From assembly GCA_039630345.1 (NCBI GenBank), contig JBCNVD010000017.1, positions 1-25,883 of the forward strand: a DNA stretch of 25,883 nucleotides, written 5' to 3'. Numbering within the stretch: position 1 is the stretch's first letter; each line of letters begins with the position of its first letter. Position numbers and translations under genes: made by a program. Below the pieces are notes generated by a model that did not search any database, was not told the origin of the DNA, and saw only the letters and a list, made by a program, of their open reading frames with translations. This document shows, one piece after another, positions 17,615 to 25,883 of the stretch. The stretch comes from Aquificaceae bacterium (GTDB taxonomy: Bacteria > Aquificota > Aquificia > Aquificales > Aquificaceae).

Positions 17615-19593
17615 TGGTGAGGTTTTTTCTGCTATGTATTTTGTTTTTACTTCCAGCTTTTTCCACTCAAAGCCTTCAGGAGGTGCAAAATCAGGCCCAG
17701 GAGCAGAGAAAAACCGGCAAGGTCTATCTAAACTTTCAGGACGCTGATATAAACCTGATTGTTAAGTTTATGTCAGAGCTCACTGGTAAAAACATAGTTC
17801 TTGACCCCTCTGTTAAGGGCACTTTAACTATCAGCTCTGCAAAACCACTGAATGTAGCCCAGGCCTGGGAGCTGTTTGTCCTATCTCTTGCGCTTCAGGG
17901 ATATGGCGTTGTAGAGGATAAAAACATCGTAAGAATAGTCCCGATGGCACAGGCAATCCCCTTTGCCCAGACAAAGAGACCCACTAATCTTGGCGAGGTG
18001 GTGATATTTCTCTACACAGCCGAAAACACCCAGGCTACGCAGCTTCAGCAAGCGATTCAACCGCTCTTATCACCCTCTGCAAGACTTAGCGTTCATGCTC
18101 AATCAAACACTTTAATCATCGCCGATATTGCAAAAAATGTTCAGAAAATAAGAGACATCTTAAGAGCTCTGGATGCGCCCCAGAGAGCTCTCAGCGTAAA
18201 GGTCCACAACCTAAAAAGATCAAGGGCGGAGAGTCTATTCCAGAGTCTGCAGGCGCTCCTTGGCACTCTTCAACAACAAATCGGAAGCCCTGTTGTGGGA
18301 ACTTTTAACAAAGACTCAAACTCAATAGTGATAATAACGCGCGAGGATATACACCCTCTTATTCAGGAGGTTATAAAAACACTTGACGAGAGTGCAATAG
18401 CCACAGAAGAGCGTTCCTTTTATGTAATTCCTCTTAAGTTTATATCCGCAGAGGAGCTTAGCAAAAGTCTTCAGACTCTGTTTGGGGGTCTCTCGACCCA
18501 GCAGGCCCCATTAGCTCAACCTCAGGCACAACCCCGACAAGACCCTAGATCTTTGGAAACACCGCTTGGAATAACAAAACCATCTCAGCCCCAGCCCCCT
18601 CAGCCAATTGCAGTCATCCAAACTCAGGAGGGACTCAGGATAGGCTTTGACAGGGGGACAAATTCGGTTATAGCATTTGCAACGCAAAGAGAGATAACTG
18701 GCTTAAAAGCCCTTATAGATACTCTTGATGTCAGGAGAAAGCAGGTTTTAATAGCAGCAAGTATAGTGGAACTTTCCACCTCAAGAGCTCTTGATATAGG
18801 TCTTCGCTGGCAGGCGCTTGGCACAAAAGGAGGTGCAGGTTTTGGGGTTGGATCAGCGCAGGACCTTTATAGCGCAATCTTATCCGGCAAGTTTGTCCTT
18901 GGATTTATAAACAATGTAGGCCGCAGCATTACAATAGGGGGCTCAACCATTTTTTTTCCGGATCTTGCGCTTTTGCTATCTTTAATAGAAAAAGGCTCAG
19001 GTTTTAATCTGATATCAAACCCAAAGGTTCTAACGCTTGATAATCAGGAAGCAACTATTAAAGTTGGGCAGGTGGTGCCCTTTGCCTCAGGGGTTAAGTT
19101 CGATGTCAACGGTCAGCCGGTAGTTACTTACGACTATAAAGAGGTTGGTCTAAACCTTGGCGTAACACCCACAATCTCGGGGGATAACCTAAGGCTTATG
19201 ATAAAACTTCAGGTTCAGGAAATAGTGGACTTTATACGCCCCCAGATAGGACAGCTAACTTATGCAGTGCCAGTTACCTCAAACAGAGAGGTTAATTCAG
19301 ATGTGGTGGTGGAAAAGGGTCAAACGGTCATAATCGGCGGTCTTGTAAGCACCAGAACTCTATCCAGCCAGGAGGGCATCCCGGGACTTAAAGATGTCCC
19401 CATCTTTGGAAGACTCTTTAAGCGCGAAACGCAAAACGAAGACAAGGTCTCGCTCTTTATATTCATAACCCCATTTGTCATCGAAGGTCCAGAGGAGCTA
19501 TCTCGCATAACTCAGGAGCATGAAAAGCTGGCAAGAGAGCTCCAAAAACTCTTAAGACGAGAAAGAAATGAGAAAAAACCTTCCGAACCTTAA
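17614..19593 (+). CDS. gspD: Type II secretion secretin
   Basis: LNFQDADI, DPSVKG, N-domain repeats, QVLIAASIVE, TLDNQEATIKVG, IIGGL, IPGLKDVPIFGRLF, IFITP. Q/P-rich loop in N3. Confidence 0.95.
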   Translation: MVRFFLLCILFLLPAFSTQSLQEVQNQAQEQRKTGKVYLNFQDADINLIVKFMSELTGKNIVLDPSVKGTLTISSAKPLNVAQAWELFVLSLALQGYGVVEDKNIVRIVPMAQAIPFAQTKRPTNLGEVVIFLYTAENTQATQLQQAIQPLLSPSARLSVHAQSNTLIIADIAKNVQKIRDILRALDAPQRALSVKVHNLKRSRAESLFQSLQALLGTLQQQIGSPVVGTFNKDSNSIVIITREDIHPLIQEVIKTLDESAIATEERSFYVIPLKFISAEELSKSLQTLFGGLSTQQAPLAQPQAQPRQDPRSLETPLGITKPSQPQPPQPIAVIQTQEGLRIGFDRGTNSVIAFATQREITGLKALIDTLDVRRKQVLIAASIVELSTSRALDIGLRWQALGTKGGAGFGVGSAQDLYSAILSGKFVLGFINNVGRSITIGGSTIFFPDLALLLSLIEKGSGFNLISNPKVLTLDNQEATIKVGQVVPFASGVKFDVNGQPVVTYDYKEVGLNLGVTPTISGDNLRLMIKLQVQEIVDFIRPQIGQLTYAVPVTSNREVNSDVVVEKGQTVIIGGLVSTRTLSSQEGIPGLKDVPIFGRLFKRETQNEDKVSLFIFITPFVIEGPEELSRITQEHEKLARELQKLLRRERNEKKPSEP

Positions 19594-20221
19594 GAGCGTA
19601 GGGACTTTTTTCCTCTACCTTGCGCTCTTTTTAATTCTTTTCATTGCCTTAATTTTACCCAAATTCATTATCTTTGACAAAATCCTTCAAAAAAACGGGT
19701 TATATCTTATAGCAAGCTCTGTCAAAGAGACCCCTATTTCTATAACCCTCAAAGACACCATCATATACACTCAAAGCTCGGCTCTAGTGAGATTTGACAC
19801 CCTCAACGTTAGCCTAAGGCCCTCCGGGATCACCCTAGCAGGAAGCTGTGAGGGGGGATCTCTCAAAATCCATATAAAACCCTCGGGCATTAAATCCCTC
19901 AATGCCAGAGATTTTAAGTGTCTATATCAAAAAGGCGCCCTTCGGGCGCGTTTAGAGTTTAAAAAAGATGGAATCATGGGGCAGATGTCTCTTGAGAAGT
20001 TTCAGGCAGGCTCATACAAAGTTGAGAAACTTGAGATAGATTTTAAAAATAGAGTCTTTGTAGCTCGCGCAAAGTTAGCGGGAATTGAGCTCCAGGGTGA
20101 TGGGCAGGCGGTTTTTAATGCCAAAGATCCGCTTCAGTCCTCGCTTAATGGACAGCTGATAGCGCCGGGCTTTAGATTAATTATTAGCGGACCTTTGAGG
20201 TCTTTGAATTTTTCTCAGTGA
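19568..20221 (+). CDS. Probable type II secretion protein N (N-terminal TM, beta-rich)
   Basis: Single TM ending in LP, beta-strand-rich body, terminal LIISGPL, overlaps the gspD end. Assignment is mostly contextual. Confidence 0.55.
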   Translation: MRKNLPNLKSVGTFFLYLALFLILFIALILPKFIIFDKILQKNGLYLIASSVKETPISITLKDTIIYTQSSALVRFDTLNVSLRPSGITLAGSCEGGSLKIHIKPSGIKSLNARDFKCLYQKGALRARLEFKKDGIMGQMSLEKFQAGSYKVEKLEIDFKNRVFVARAKLAGIELQGDGQAVFNAKDPLQSSLNGQLIAPGFRLIISGPLRSLNFSQ

Positions 20222-20285
20222 TTATAGTCATTGATTGCTCTTTGCATATGGAAGTAGATTATTAAGCGCAAGGAGGTATTAAGGG

Positions 20286-20747
20286 ATGTTTGAATACAGC
20301 GAAAAGGTGCTTGACCACTTTTTAAACCCAAGGAACGTTGGCGTTCTTGAAGATGCTAACGCAATAGGGCAGTGTGGGAACCCTGCCTGTGGGGATGCGA
20401 TGATGTTTACCCTGAGGGTAAACCCAGATGGTGACATCATAGAAGATTTGAGGTTCAAGACTTTCGGTTGTGGCTCTGCAATAGCGGTCTCCTCTCAGCT
20501 TACCGAGATGGTAAAGGGTAAAGACATCAAATACGCCCTTAACTTAACTTACAAAGAGATTTTCGACCAGCTTGGCGGGCTTCCACCCCAAAAGATTCAC
20601 TGCACCAATTTAGGACTTGAGACCCTTCATGTTGCTATAAGGGATTATCTTCTAAAGCAAGGCAGGGTAGAAGAAGCAGAGCGCATCCCCGATTGCTACG
20701 AAGAGCAAGAGAGCAAAGATAGTCAGTTTGAGTTCCTGTCTCTTTAA
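20286..20747 (+). CDS. iscU: Fe-S cluster scaffold IscU/NifU-N
   Basis: YSEKVLDHFLNPRNVG, GNPACGD, FKTFGCGSAIA, LPPQKIHC. AAGGAGG RBS. Acidic C-terminal extension with an extra Cys. Confidence 0.94.
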   Translation: MFEYSEKVLDHFLNPRNVGVLEDANAIGQCGNPACGDAMMFTLRVNPDGDIIEDLRFKTFGCGSAIAVSSQLTEMVKGKDIKYALNLTYKEIFDQLGGLPPQKIHCTNLGLETLHVAIRDYLLKQGRVEEAERIPDCYEEQESKDSQFEFLSL

Positions 20748-20748
20748 G

Positions 20749-20988
20749 ATGCGAGATTTAAAAGCGGATATAGTTCACGATGTGACAGGCACCTTCTGTC
20801 CGGTGCCTGTTGCCGAAACTGCTAGAATTATAAAAACCATGTCCTGTGGTCAGATTCTTGAGCTAATAGCAGATGACCCAGGTGTGGTAGAAGACATACC
20901 ATCCTGGTGTAAGTCCACAGGAAATGAGTTTCTTGGGTTATACCAAGAGGACGAGCAGTTTCACCTTTTTGTGAGGAAACTAAAATGA
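20749..20988 (+). CDS. tusA: TusA/SirA-family sulfur carrier
   Basis: DVTGTFCPVP (CPxP), ADDPG, DIPSWC. Start set to the ATG at 20749. Confidence 0.88.
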   Translation: MRDLKADIVHDVTGTFCPVPVAETARIIKTMSCGQILELIADDPGVVEDIPSWCKSTGNEFLGLYQEDEQFHLFVRKLK

Positions 20989-21209
20989 AGGAGCGCTCCT
21001 TTCACGAAAGGCCCCTTAGTGAGCTTTTGCGAGATTGTCCCAAGGCAAAGCCGATCCTTGATAACTACGGACTTAAAAAGCTGGAAGAGGACGACATAGC
21101 CGATGTAGTTCTTGATAAAATTAACCTTAAAGGGTTTTGTAGACTGATGGATATGGAGGAAGAGTTGCAGTCTCTAATCTGGCAGGAGGTCCACCGCCTC
21201 TGCAGGTAA
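20985..21209 (+). CDS. Small hypothetical protein, weakly DUF1858/ScdA_N-like
   Basis: ATGA overlap with tusA. The pattern LSELLRDCP..KPIL..YGL...NLKGFC resembles that small helical family. Confidence 0.6.
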   Translation: MKERSFHERPLSELLRDCPKAKPILDNYGLKKLEEDDIADVVLDKINLKGFCRLMDMEEELQSLIWQEVHRLCR

Positions 21210-21220
21210 GGAGGTTTCAA

Positions 21221-21472
21221 ATGGAGCGCTCTGAAATTGCTGAAGTTGAAAAAATCCTTGAAAAGATAAGACCTGCCTTAAAAGGCCACAATGGCAACCT
21301 AAAGCTCGTTAGAGTGGAGGAGGGTGATGTCTATCTTTCCTTTGAAGGCGGGTGCGTGGATTGTCCTGTGGTGGATGAGATTTTAAAAGATATGCTTGAT
21401 TTAGTCATAAAGAGCAATCTTGATTGGGTCAGGTCAGTTAAGTTAGTCCAGAGTAAATATCAAATAATATGA
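21221..21472 (+). CDS. NifU C-terminal (Nfu) domain Fe-S carrier
   Basis: LEKIRPALKGHNGN, GGCVDCP (CxxC). AAGGAGG RBS. Confidence 0.88.
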   Translation: MERSEIAEVEKILEKIRPALKGHNGNLKLVRVEEGDVYLSFEGGCVDCPVVDEILKDMLDLVIKSNLDWVRSVKLVQSKYQII

Positions 21473-22263
21473 CCATAAGGGGGGATACGCTCCTCTATGG
21501 CGTTGTTGGAAATCCTGTAAAGCACTCTCTTTCGCCAGTTTTTCAAAACCGTCTTTTTAAGCTCTATGGAATAAATGCAGTTTACATACCTTTAGAAGTT
21601 GATAAGTCCTTTGCATCAAAGTTTTTGAAAAATTCTGGCTATTTTGGCTTTCAAGGGTTAAACATTACATTACCATACAAAGAAATTGCACTAAAAGTAG
21701 CCAAATATTCAGACGAACACGCCAGAAAAATAGGTGCTGCAAATACTCTTAAGTTTAATAGTGGCGAGCTTTATGCTTATAATACCGATTGGATTGGTGT
21801 CTTAAATGCTCTTGATGGTTTTTGTAGGCCTAAAAAAGCTCTGGTTTTGGGAGCAGGAGGGGCAGCAAAGGCAGCCATTTATGCACTTTTAAATTCCGGA
21901 GCTGAGGTTTTTGTCTGGAACAGAACAAAAACAAAAGCAAAAACCCTCTGCGCAAAGATGGGCTGTAAAGCAGTCAGCTCTGTAGAAGAATTTATCAGAA
22001 GTGTTGATTTAATACTTAACGCAACATCCGCCAGTCCAGATGCTGAACTTTTTGACTATAGCCTTTTAGAAAAGAATGTATCTGTTTTTGATATGTCATA
22101 CAGGGAAAACAGACTTTTAAAGTCCGCCAGAGAATCTGGATGCAATGTAAAAGACGGTCTTGATATGCTTATTTATCAGGGTTTAGAGAGCTTTAAAATA
22201 TGGACAGGGATCAGAGCAAAATATCAGGAAGCGCTGGATGCAATACTTGAAAGCGGTCGTTGA
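21469..22263 (+). CDS. aroE: Shikimate dehydrogenase
   Basis: [44 protein letters not shown]. Confidence 0.95.
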   Translation: MTIRGDTLLYGVVGNPVKHSLSPVFQNRLFKLYGINAVYIPLEVDKSFASKFLKNSGYFGFQGLNITLPYKEIALKVAKYSDEHARKIGAANTLKFNSGELYAYNTDWIGVLNALDGFCRPKKALVLGAGGAAKAAIYALLNSGAEVFVWNRTKTKAKTLCAKMGCKAVSSVEEFIRSVDLILNATSASPDAELFDYSLLEKNVSVFDMSYRENRLLKSARESGCNVKDGLDMLIYQGLESFKIWTGIRAKYQEALDAILESGR

Positions 22264-22822
22264 CACAAGCATTTTCACAAATCCTGATATTTATAGCATT
22301 TTTGGTAGCAGTCCAAGACGCGCAACCGAGGTCTTTCTGGAGCTTGCCATTAGTTCTGATGTTGAATTTTTTATGCCAGCCAGTGTCTATTCAGAGTTTT
22401 TAAAAGTTGCTGACATAGAGCCCATAAAGTCTAAATTTGAGACAATAGTTCGTATTCGCTCGCCTTTTAGATACAAAATTCAGCTCCCTGCCCAGTTGCT
22501 TTATGAGTATATCGAAGAGATGCGAATTCGCATAAACAGAGGTCTAAGGATTGCAGAGGAGCATCTAAGAGATGCCTGCAAGTTTCCTGAAGACGGAGCA
22601 AGGCTCACTAACAGATTGCGCGAAAAGTATCGTGAGGCTTTGCGCACTGGCATAATAGACAGCAAGGAAGACCTGGATGTTATATTGCTCTCTTTTGAAA
22701 TTGACGCGCTATTGCTGAGTGCGGATGAGGGTCTTAGGAAGTTTGCAGAAAGACTTGGTATCAGGATAGTAGACCCTTATTGCATTCAAAATCTTTTAAA
22801 AGCTGATAAAATTCAAAAATGA
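22238..22822 (+). CDS. RNA-free RNase P, HARP (Aq880 homolog, PIN fold)
   Basis: [66 protein letters not shown] match the Aq880 family as I recall it. Start could be the TTG at 22247. Confidence 0.92.
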   Translation: MQYLKAVVDTSIFTNPDIYSIFGSSPRRATEVFLELAISSDVEFFMPASVYSEFLKVADIEPIKSKFETIVRIRSPFRYKIQLPAQLLYEYIEEMRIRINRGLRIAEEHLRDACKFPEDGARLTNRLREKYREALRTGIIDSKEDLDVILLSFEIDALLLSADEGLRKFAERLGIRIVDPYCIQNLLKADKIQK

Positions 22823-23136
22823 GTGTTCTTGTGTTTTTTAGTATGACCCCTATTGGCAAGGGTGAGAGTGTTAGTGAGTTTGTAGCAAGGGTTGTTGATC
22901 TAATTGACAAATCGGGCTTTGAGTATGTTTTAACTCCCATGGGCACAATTTTTGAAGCTCCTGATATTGATAGCGCAATGAAACTCCTCTCAGAAGGACT
23001 AAAAAGACTTCAGATTGATTGCAATAGAGTCTCCATTACTGCTAAAATAGATTATCGAAACGCACCGATGGGAAGACTTAAATCCAAAGTCAGTTCCGTC
23101 AAAGAGCATCTTGGTAGGGAGATAAGCTCCACATGA
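22819..23136 (+). CDS. MTH1187/UPF0045 thiamine-binding protein
   Basis: [23 protein letters not shown]...KIDYR, KVSSV. Confidence 0.88.
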   Translation: MSVLVFFSMTPIGKGESVSEFVARVVDLIDKSGFEYVLTPMGTIFEAPDIDSAMKLLSEGLKRLQIDCNRVSITAKIDYRNAPMGRLKSKVSSVKEHLGREISST

Positions 23137-23366
23137 GACCGCTTTTACCCCAAGAGCTGGAAATGTTTAAAAAAGCGCTTGGCATAGGTCCTCATAATTT
23201 CTGGCGCTGGTCTTCGCGGACCAGAAACTTTAAACTCTTTACAGATGGCACTAATGTTTGGGTAGATGGCTGTCAAGATAGCGTTGGAAAGCCAATGGCG
23301 GTTAACGAAGCAACCTGGTGGAGCTGGGAATTCATAAAGCAAAAACTCAAAGAGCAAGGGTCTTGA
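23133..23366 (+). CDS. Hypothetical 77-aa Trp-rich protein
   Basis: Exactly fills the gap, with 4-nt overlaps at both ends (ATGA, TTGA). No family recognised. Confidence 0.7.
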   Translation: MRPLLPQELEMFKKALGIGPHNFWRWSSRTRNFKLFTDGTNVWVDGCQDSVGKPMAVNEATWWSWEFIKQKLKEQGS

Positions 23367-24286
23367 TAGCGTTTGTATTTCCGGGGCAAGGCTCTCAAAT
23401 TGTTGGCATGGCTTACGATTTTTACAAAGAGTTTCCCCAGTCTGCGGATGTATTTCACAGCGCAGAGACGGCGCTTAGGCAAAATATAGCGGATAAGATA
23501 TTCCACGGCACTCAGGAAGAGCTAGATAAGACCACAGTAACCCAGCCAGCAGTGCTTACCGCAAGCTTTGCAATTTACAAAGCGCTTGAATCGATGGGAT
23601 TAAAAGCCCCTGACTTTGTCGCAGGGCACTCACTTGGAGAATATACCGCACTTTTAGTAGCAGGCGCTTTAGAACTCTTTCAAGCTGTGAGACTTGCGCA
23701 CATTAGAGCAACGCTTATGCAAAATGCGGTGCCAGAGGGCGAAGGGAGCATGGTGGCTATTTTAAAACTCAGCGCAGAAAAGGTCGAAGCAGCATGTCAA
23801 GACGCTCTTAAATTCGGCATTGTAGAGGTGGCAAATTACAATTCCCCCGAGCAGTTTGTGATATCAGGTCAGAAAGAGGCGGTTGAAGCTGCCAAACAAA
23901 ACGCTATAAAGATGGGCGCAAAAGCAATAGAGCTCAAAGTATCCGTCCCATCTCACTGCAGTTTGATGAAAGATGCTGCAAATGCTTTCAGATTAAAGCT
24001 TGCGCAAACACCAATTAAAAACTCTGAAATTCCTATTGTGCAAAACTACACAGCCAGAGCTCACACTATGGCTCACGAAATAAGAGATAACCTCTACAGG
24101 CAGCTATTTTCTCCTGTTTTATGGTTTCAAAGCGTTGAGTTTATGGCTTCTCAGGGCGTTCATACATTCGTTGAAATAGGTCCAAAGCCAGTGCTTTCTA
24201 AATTGATTCAGCAAACTATCCCGCATGTGAGGGTTTTCAGCGTTTGCAAAATAAAAGACGCCGAGGAGCTTTTAAAAGCCCTCTAA
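23363..24286 (+). CDS. fabD: Malonyl-CoA:ACP transacylase
   Basis: FVFPGQGSQ, TQPA, GHSLGEY, ANYNSPEQ, SVPSHC, EIGP. Start set to the TTG at 23363. Confidence 0.95.
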   Translation: MIAFVFPGQGSQIVGMAYDFYKEFPQSADVFHSAETALRQNIADKIFHGTQEELDKTTVTQPAVLTASFAIYKALESMGLKAPDFVAGHSLGEYTALLVAGALELFQAVRLAHIRATLMQNAVPEGEGSMVAILKLSAEKVEAACQDALKFGIVEVANYNSPEQFVISGQKEAVEAAKQNAIKMGAKAIELKVSVPSHCSLMKDAANAFRLKLAQTPIKNSEIPIVQNYTARAHTMAHEIRDNLYRQLFSPVLWFQSVEFMASQGVHTFVEIGPKPVLSKLIQQTIPHVRVFSVCKIKDAEELLKAL

Positions 24287-24883
24287 AGAGCTAACCACTT
24301 TTAGTATCTCCTGACGGTAAACTCTATAACCTGAGCGGTTGCATATAAGAACAGCACTTGATTCAAGCACTTTTTCAAATACCACAAGACCATTTTCGCG
24401 AAGGGTTTGACCTGTCTGCACCAGGTCAAGTATAACATCACTAAGTCCAACTATAGGCGCAAGCTCTACAGAACCACTTAAGTGTATAATTTCGCAGCTC
24501 CTTGCCCTTCTTGAGAAAAAATCCTGAGTGATGTTTGGGTATTTGCTCCCGACTTTTAAGTGAGAAGCCATCTCGTAATGTTTCTCAAACTCTGGCTTTC
24601 CTGCTATGCAAAGGGTGCACTTTCCAAAGGGGAGCTCAAGAAGGTTATATAAATCAGCGCGCGATTCAACCACAGTATCTAGCCCTGCAATTCCAATCTG
24701 GGCTGAGCCTTTCTCCACATACTTTGGGACATCAAAAGGTTTAACCAGCAAAAGCTCAAAATTGCCAAACTTTTGAAGGAGCTTTCTTTCAGAGAGAGAT
24801 TTTATGTCCATAAGCCCACTTGAAGAAAGAAGCCTTATTGAATCATCCAGCAATCTGCCCTTTGGCAGGGCAAGCCTTAGCAT
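24272..24883 (-). CDS. hisG: ATP phosphoribosyltransferase, short form
   Basis: LALPKGRL, DVPKYV, GIAGLD, KYPN, LSGSVELAP, DLVQTGQTLRENGL. 203 aa, no C-terminal regulatory domain. Confidence 0.95.
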   Translation of the reverse strand: MLRLALPKGRLLDDSIRLLSSSGLMDIKSLSERKLLQKFGNFELLLVKPFDVPKYVEKGSAQIGIAGLDTVVESRADLYNLLELPFGKCTLCIAGKPEFEKHYEMASHLKVGSKYPNITQDFFSRRARSCEIIHLSGSVELAPIVGLSDVILDLVQTGQTLRENGLVVFEKVLESSAVLICNRSGYRVYRQEILKVVSSLEGF

Positions 24884-25725
24884 CAGAAGTTATACTCGCC
24901 AGATAGAACTCTGTTTAAAAAACTCTTTGGCAAAAAAGCATGCTGGTGCATATCTTTGCAATAGAGTTTTGTCGAGAAGGACTTTTCCCGCAGGGGCTTT
25001 CTTGGGTCTTGGGTTTTTGAGCCTATGGAGAAGCTCCACCAATAGCCTGCGTAGCCAGGGACAGTGGCACAATAGAGGTCAACTATTGGAAAAACTTCTC
25101 TAAGGTCTTTTTGTATTCGCTGGACTATATTCAGGTGATAGTGCAAGGATTCGCTCTGACCTGCATAAATGCCATTATCCTTAAGAGCTCTAAAGACATA
25201 TCTGAAAAACTCAGCAGTTGTAAGAACATGCGCAAAGCCCACCGGGTCTGTGGAGTCTACTAAGATTACATCAAACTCTGATGAGAGATTTTGCACAAAT
25301 TTAAAACCATCTTCTGCAAAGACCTCAACCCTCGGGTCGTCAAAAGAGCATGCCAATGTAGGTAAATACTCTTTGGAGACTTCTATAACCATTTTGTCTA
25401 TATCAACCAGCGCTACGCGCTTTACCTCTGGGTGCTTCAAAACCTCTCTTAAAGTGCCTCCGTCTCCCCCGCCTATTATCAGGACATCTCTTGGCTCTGG
25501 GTGTGCAAACATCGGAACATGGGCTAAAAACTCATGATAGATGAATTCATACTTCTCATCGCACTGGGCGACACCATCAAGAACCAGAACGCGACCAAAA
25601 TGAGGAGATTGCAAAATTACTATCTCCTGATATTCGCTTTTGCCATGATATAAAACCTTCTCCACAGGATAGGCATGCCTTATTGGTGCAAATGGGTCTC
25701 TTTCAAGAAATACAATGTCCCTCAC
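24883..25725 (-). CDS. speE: Polyamine aminopropyltransferase (spermidine synthase family)
   Basis: SEYQEI, LVLDG, EFIYHE, IIGGGDGG, VDID, DSTDP. GTG start. Confidence 0.93.
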   Translation of the reverse strand: MRDIVFLERDPFAPIRHAYPVEKVLYHGKSEYQEIVILQSPHFGRVLVLDGVAQCDEKYEFIYHEFLAHVPMFAHPEPRDVLIIGGGDGGTLREVLKHPEVKRVALVDIDKMVIEVSKEYLPTLACSFDDPRVEVFAEDGFKFVQNLSSEFDVILVDSTDPVGFAHVLTTAEFFRYVFRALKDNGIYAGQSESLHYHLNIVQRIQKDLREVFPIVDLYCATVPGYAGYWWSFSIGSKTQDPRKPLREKSFSTKLYCKDMHQHAFLPKSFLNRVLSGEYNF

Positions 25726-25732
25726 GGGGCTT

Positions 25733-25738
25733 ATTATA
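25733..25738 (-). promoter_or_regulatory. Putative -10 element for speE-hisG
   Basis: TATAAT 7 nt upstream of the GTG, no Shine-Dalgarno between. Confidence 0.55.
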
Positions 25739-25740
25739 TG

Positions 25741-25881
25741 TCAAGGTTTAAAGACCGCAAGATACACAACCCCAAGTATTGCCAAAGTAAGAGGAAGACT
25801 AACTATCAGGACAAACAGGTCATATATGCGATAAGCCCTCTGTTTATCTTCGGCTTTTGGAATGTAAAAGTTTACAAACCA
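25741..25881 (-). CDS. 3' end of a membrane protein gene (DUF2269/HemJ-like C-terminus), not in the ORF track
   Basis: Open frame WFVNFYIPKAEDKQRAYRIYDLFVLIVSLPLTLAILGVVYLAVFKP*, a hydrophobic helix ending in KP. Truncated by the window edge. Confidence 0.6.
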   Translation of the reverse strand, partial: WFVNFYIPKAEDKQRAYRIYDLFVLIVSLPLTLAILGVVYLAVFKP

Positions 25882-25883
25882 CA

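Noticed and set aside
18490..18610. Q/P-rich low-complexity stretch in gspD
   Set aside because: Disordered N3 loops are usual in secretins, and there is no exact DNA repeat.
19935..19949. Hairpin GCGCCC-TTC-GGGCGC with a short T run on the minus strand
   Set aside because: Lies inside the gspN-like CDS with no nearby minus-strand gene to terminate. A 6-bp stem is compatible with chance.
49..25537. Many 60-122 aa alternative-frame or antisense ORFs in the track (e.g. 2248..2604, 10024..10341, 25169..25537)
   Set aside because: They lie on top of well-supported genes and show no recognisable motifs, so they are treated as shadow ORFs.
25733..25744. TTGACA immediately followed by TATAAT on the minus strand
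   Set aside because: A zero-length spacer cannot form a -35/-10 pair. The TGA within TTGACA is the upstream gene's stop codon. Only the -10 was kept.
1..25883. CRISPR arrays, IS elements, prophage or defence genes
   Set aside because: None seen. Nearly all sequence is accounted for by housekeeping genes and the longest intergenic gap is about 108 bp.

Overview
Very compact, core-type region of a thermophilic chemolithoautotroph, very probably Aquificaceae. This is inferred from the co-occurrence of a five-subunit porEDABG pyruvate:ferredoxin oxidoreductase, citryl-CoA lyase, reverse gyrase and an Aq880-like protein-only RNase P (HARP). Contents in order: nadE (5' truncated), argD, porEDABG (minus), S41 protease, ispH-dsbC-like-kinase (minus), der, rgy, tRNA-Gly/tRNA-Cys (minus), PpiD-like chaperone, ccl, a partial type II secretion cluster (gspG, two minor pseudopilins, gspC, gspD, gspN), a nine-gene run iscU-tusA-orf-nfu-aroE-HARP-thiamine-binding protein-orf-fabD, then hisG and speE (minus) and the 3' end of a membrane-protein gene. 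I saw no mobile element, CRISPR array or defence system, and no clearly new system. The best leads are the HARP/Fe-S/sulfur-relay operon with two small unknown ORFs, a reverse gyrase whose stop codon lies inside the antisense tRNA-Cys and which lacks the second Zn finger, and several apparently leaderless genes. All calls are from motif recognition by eye, with no database search.
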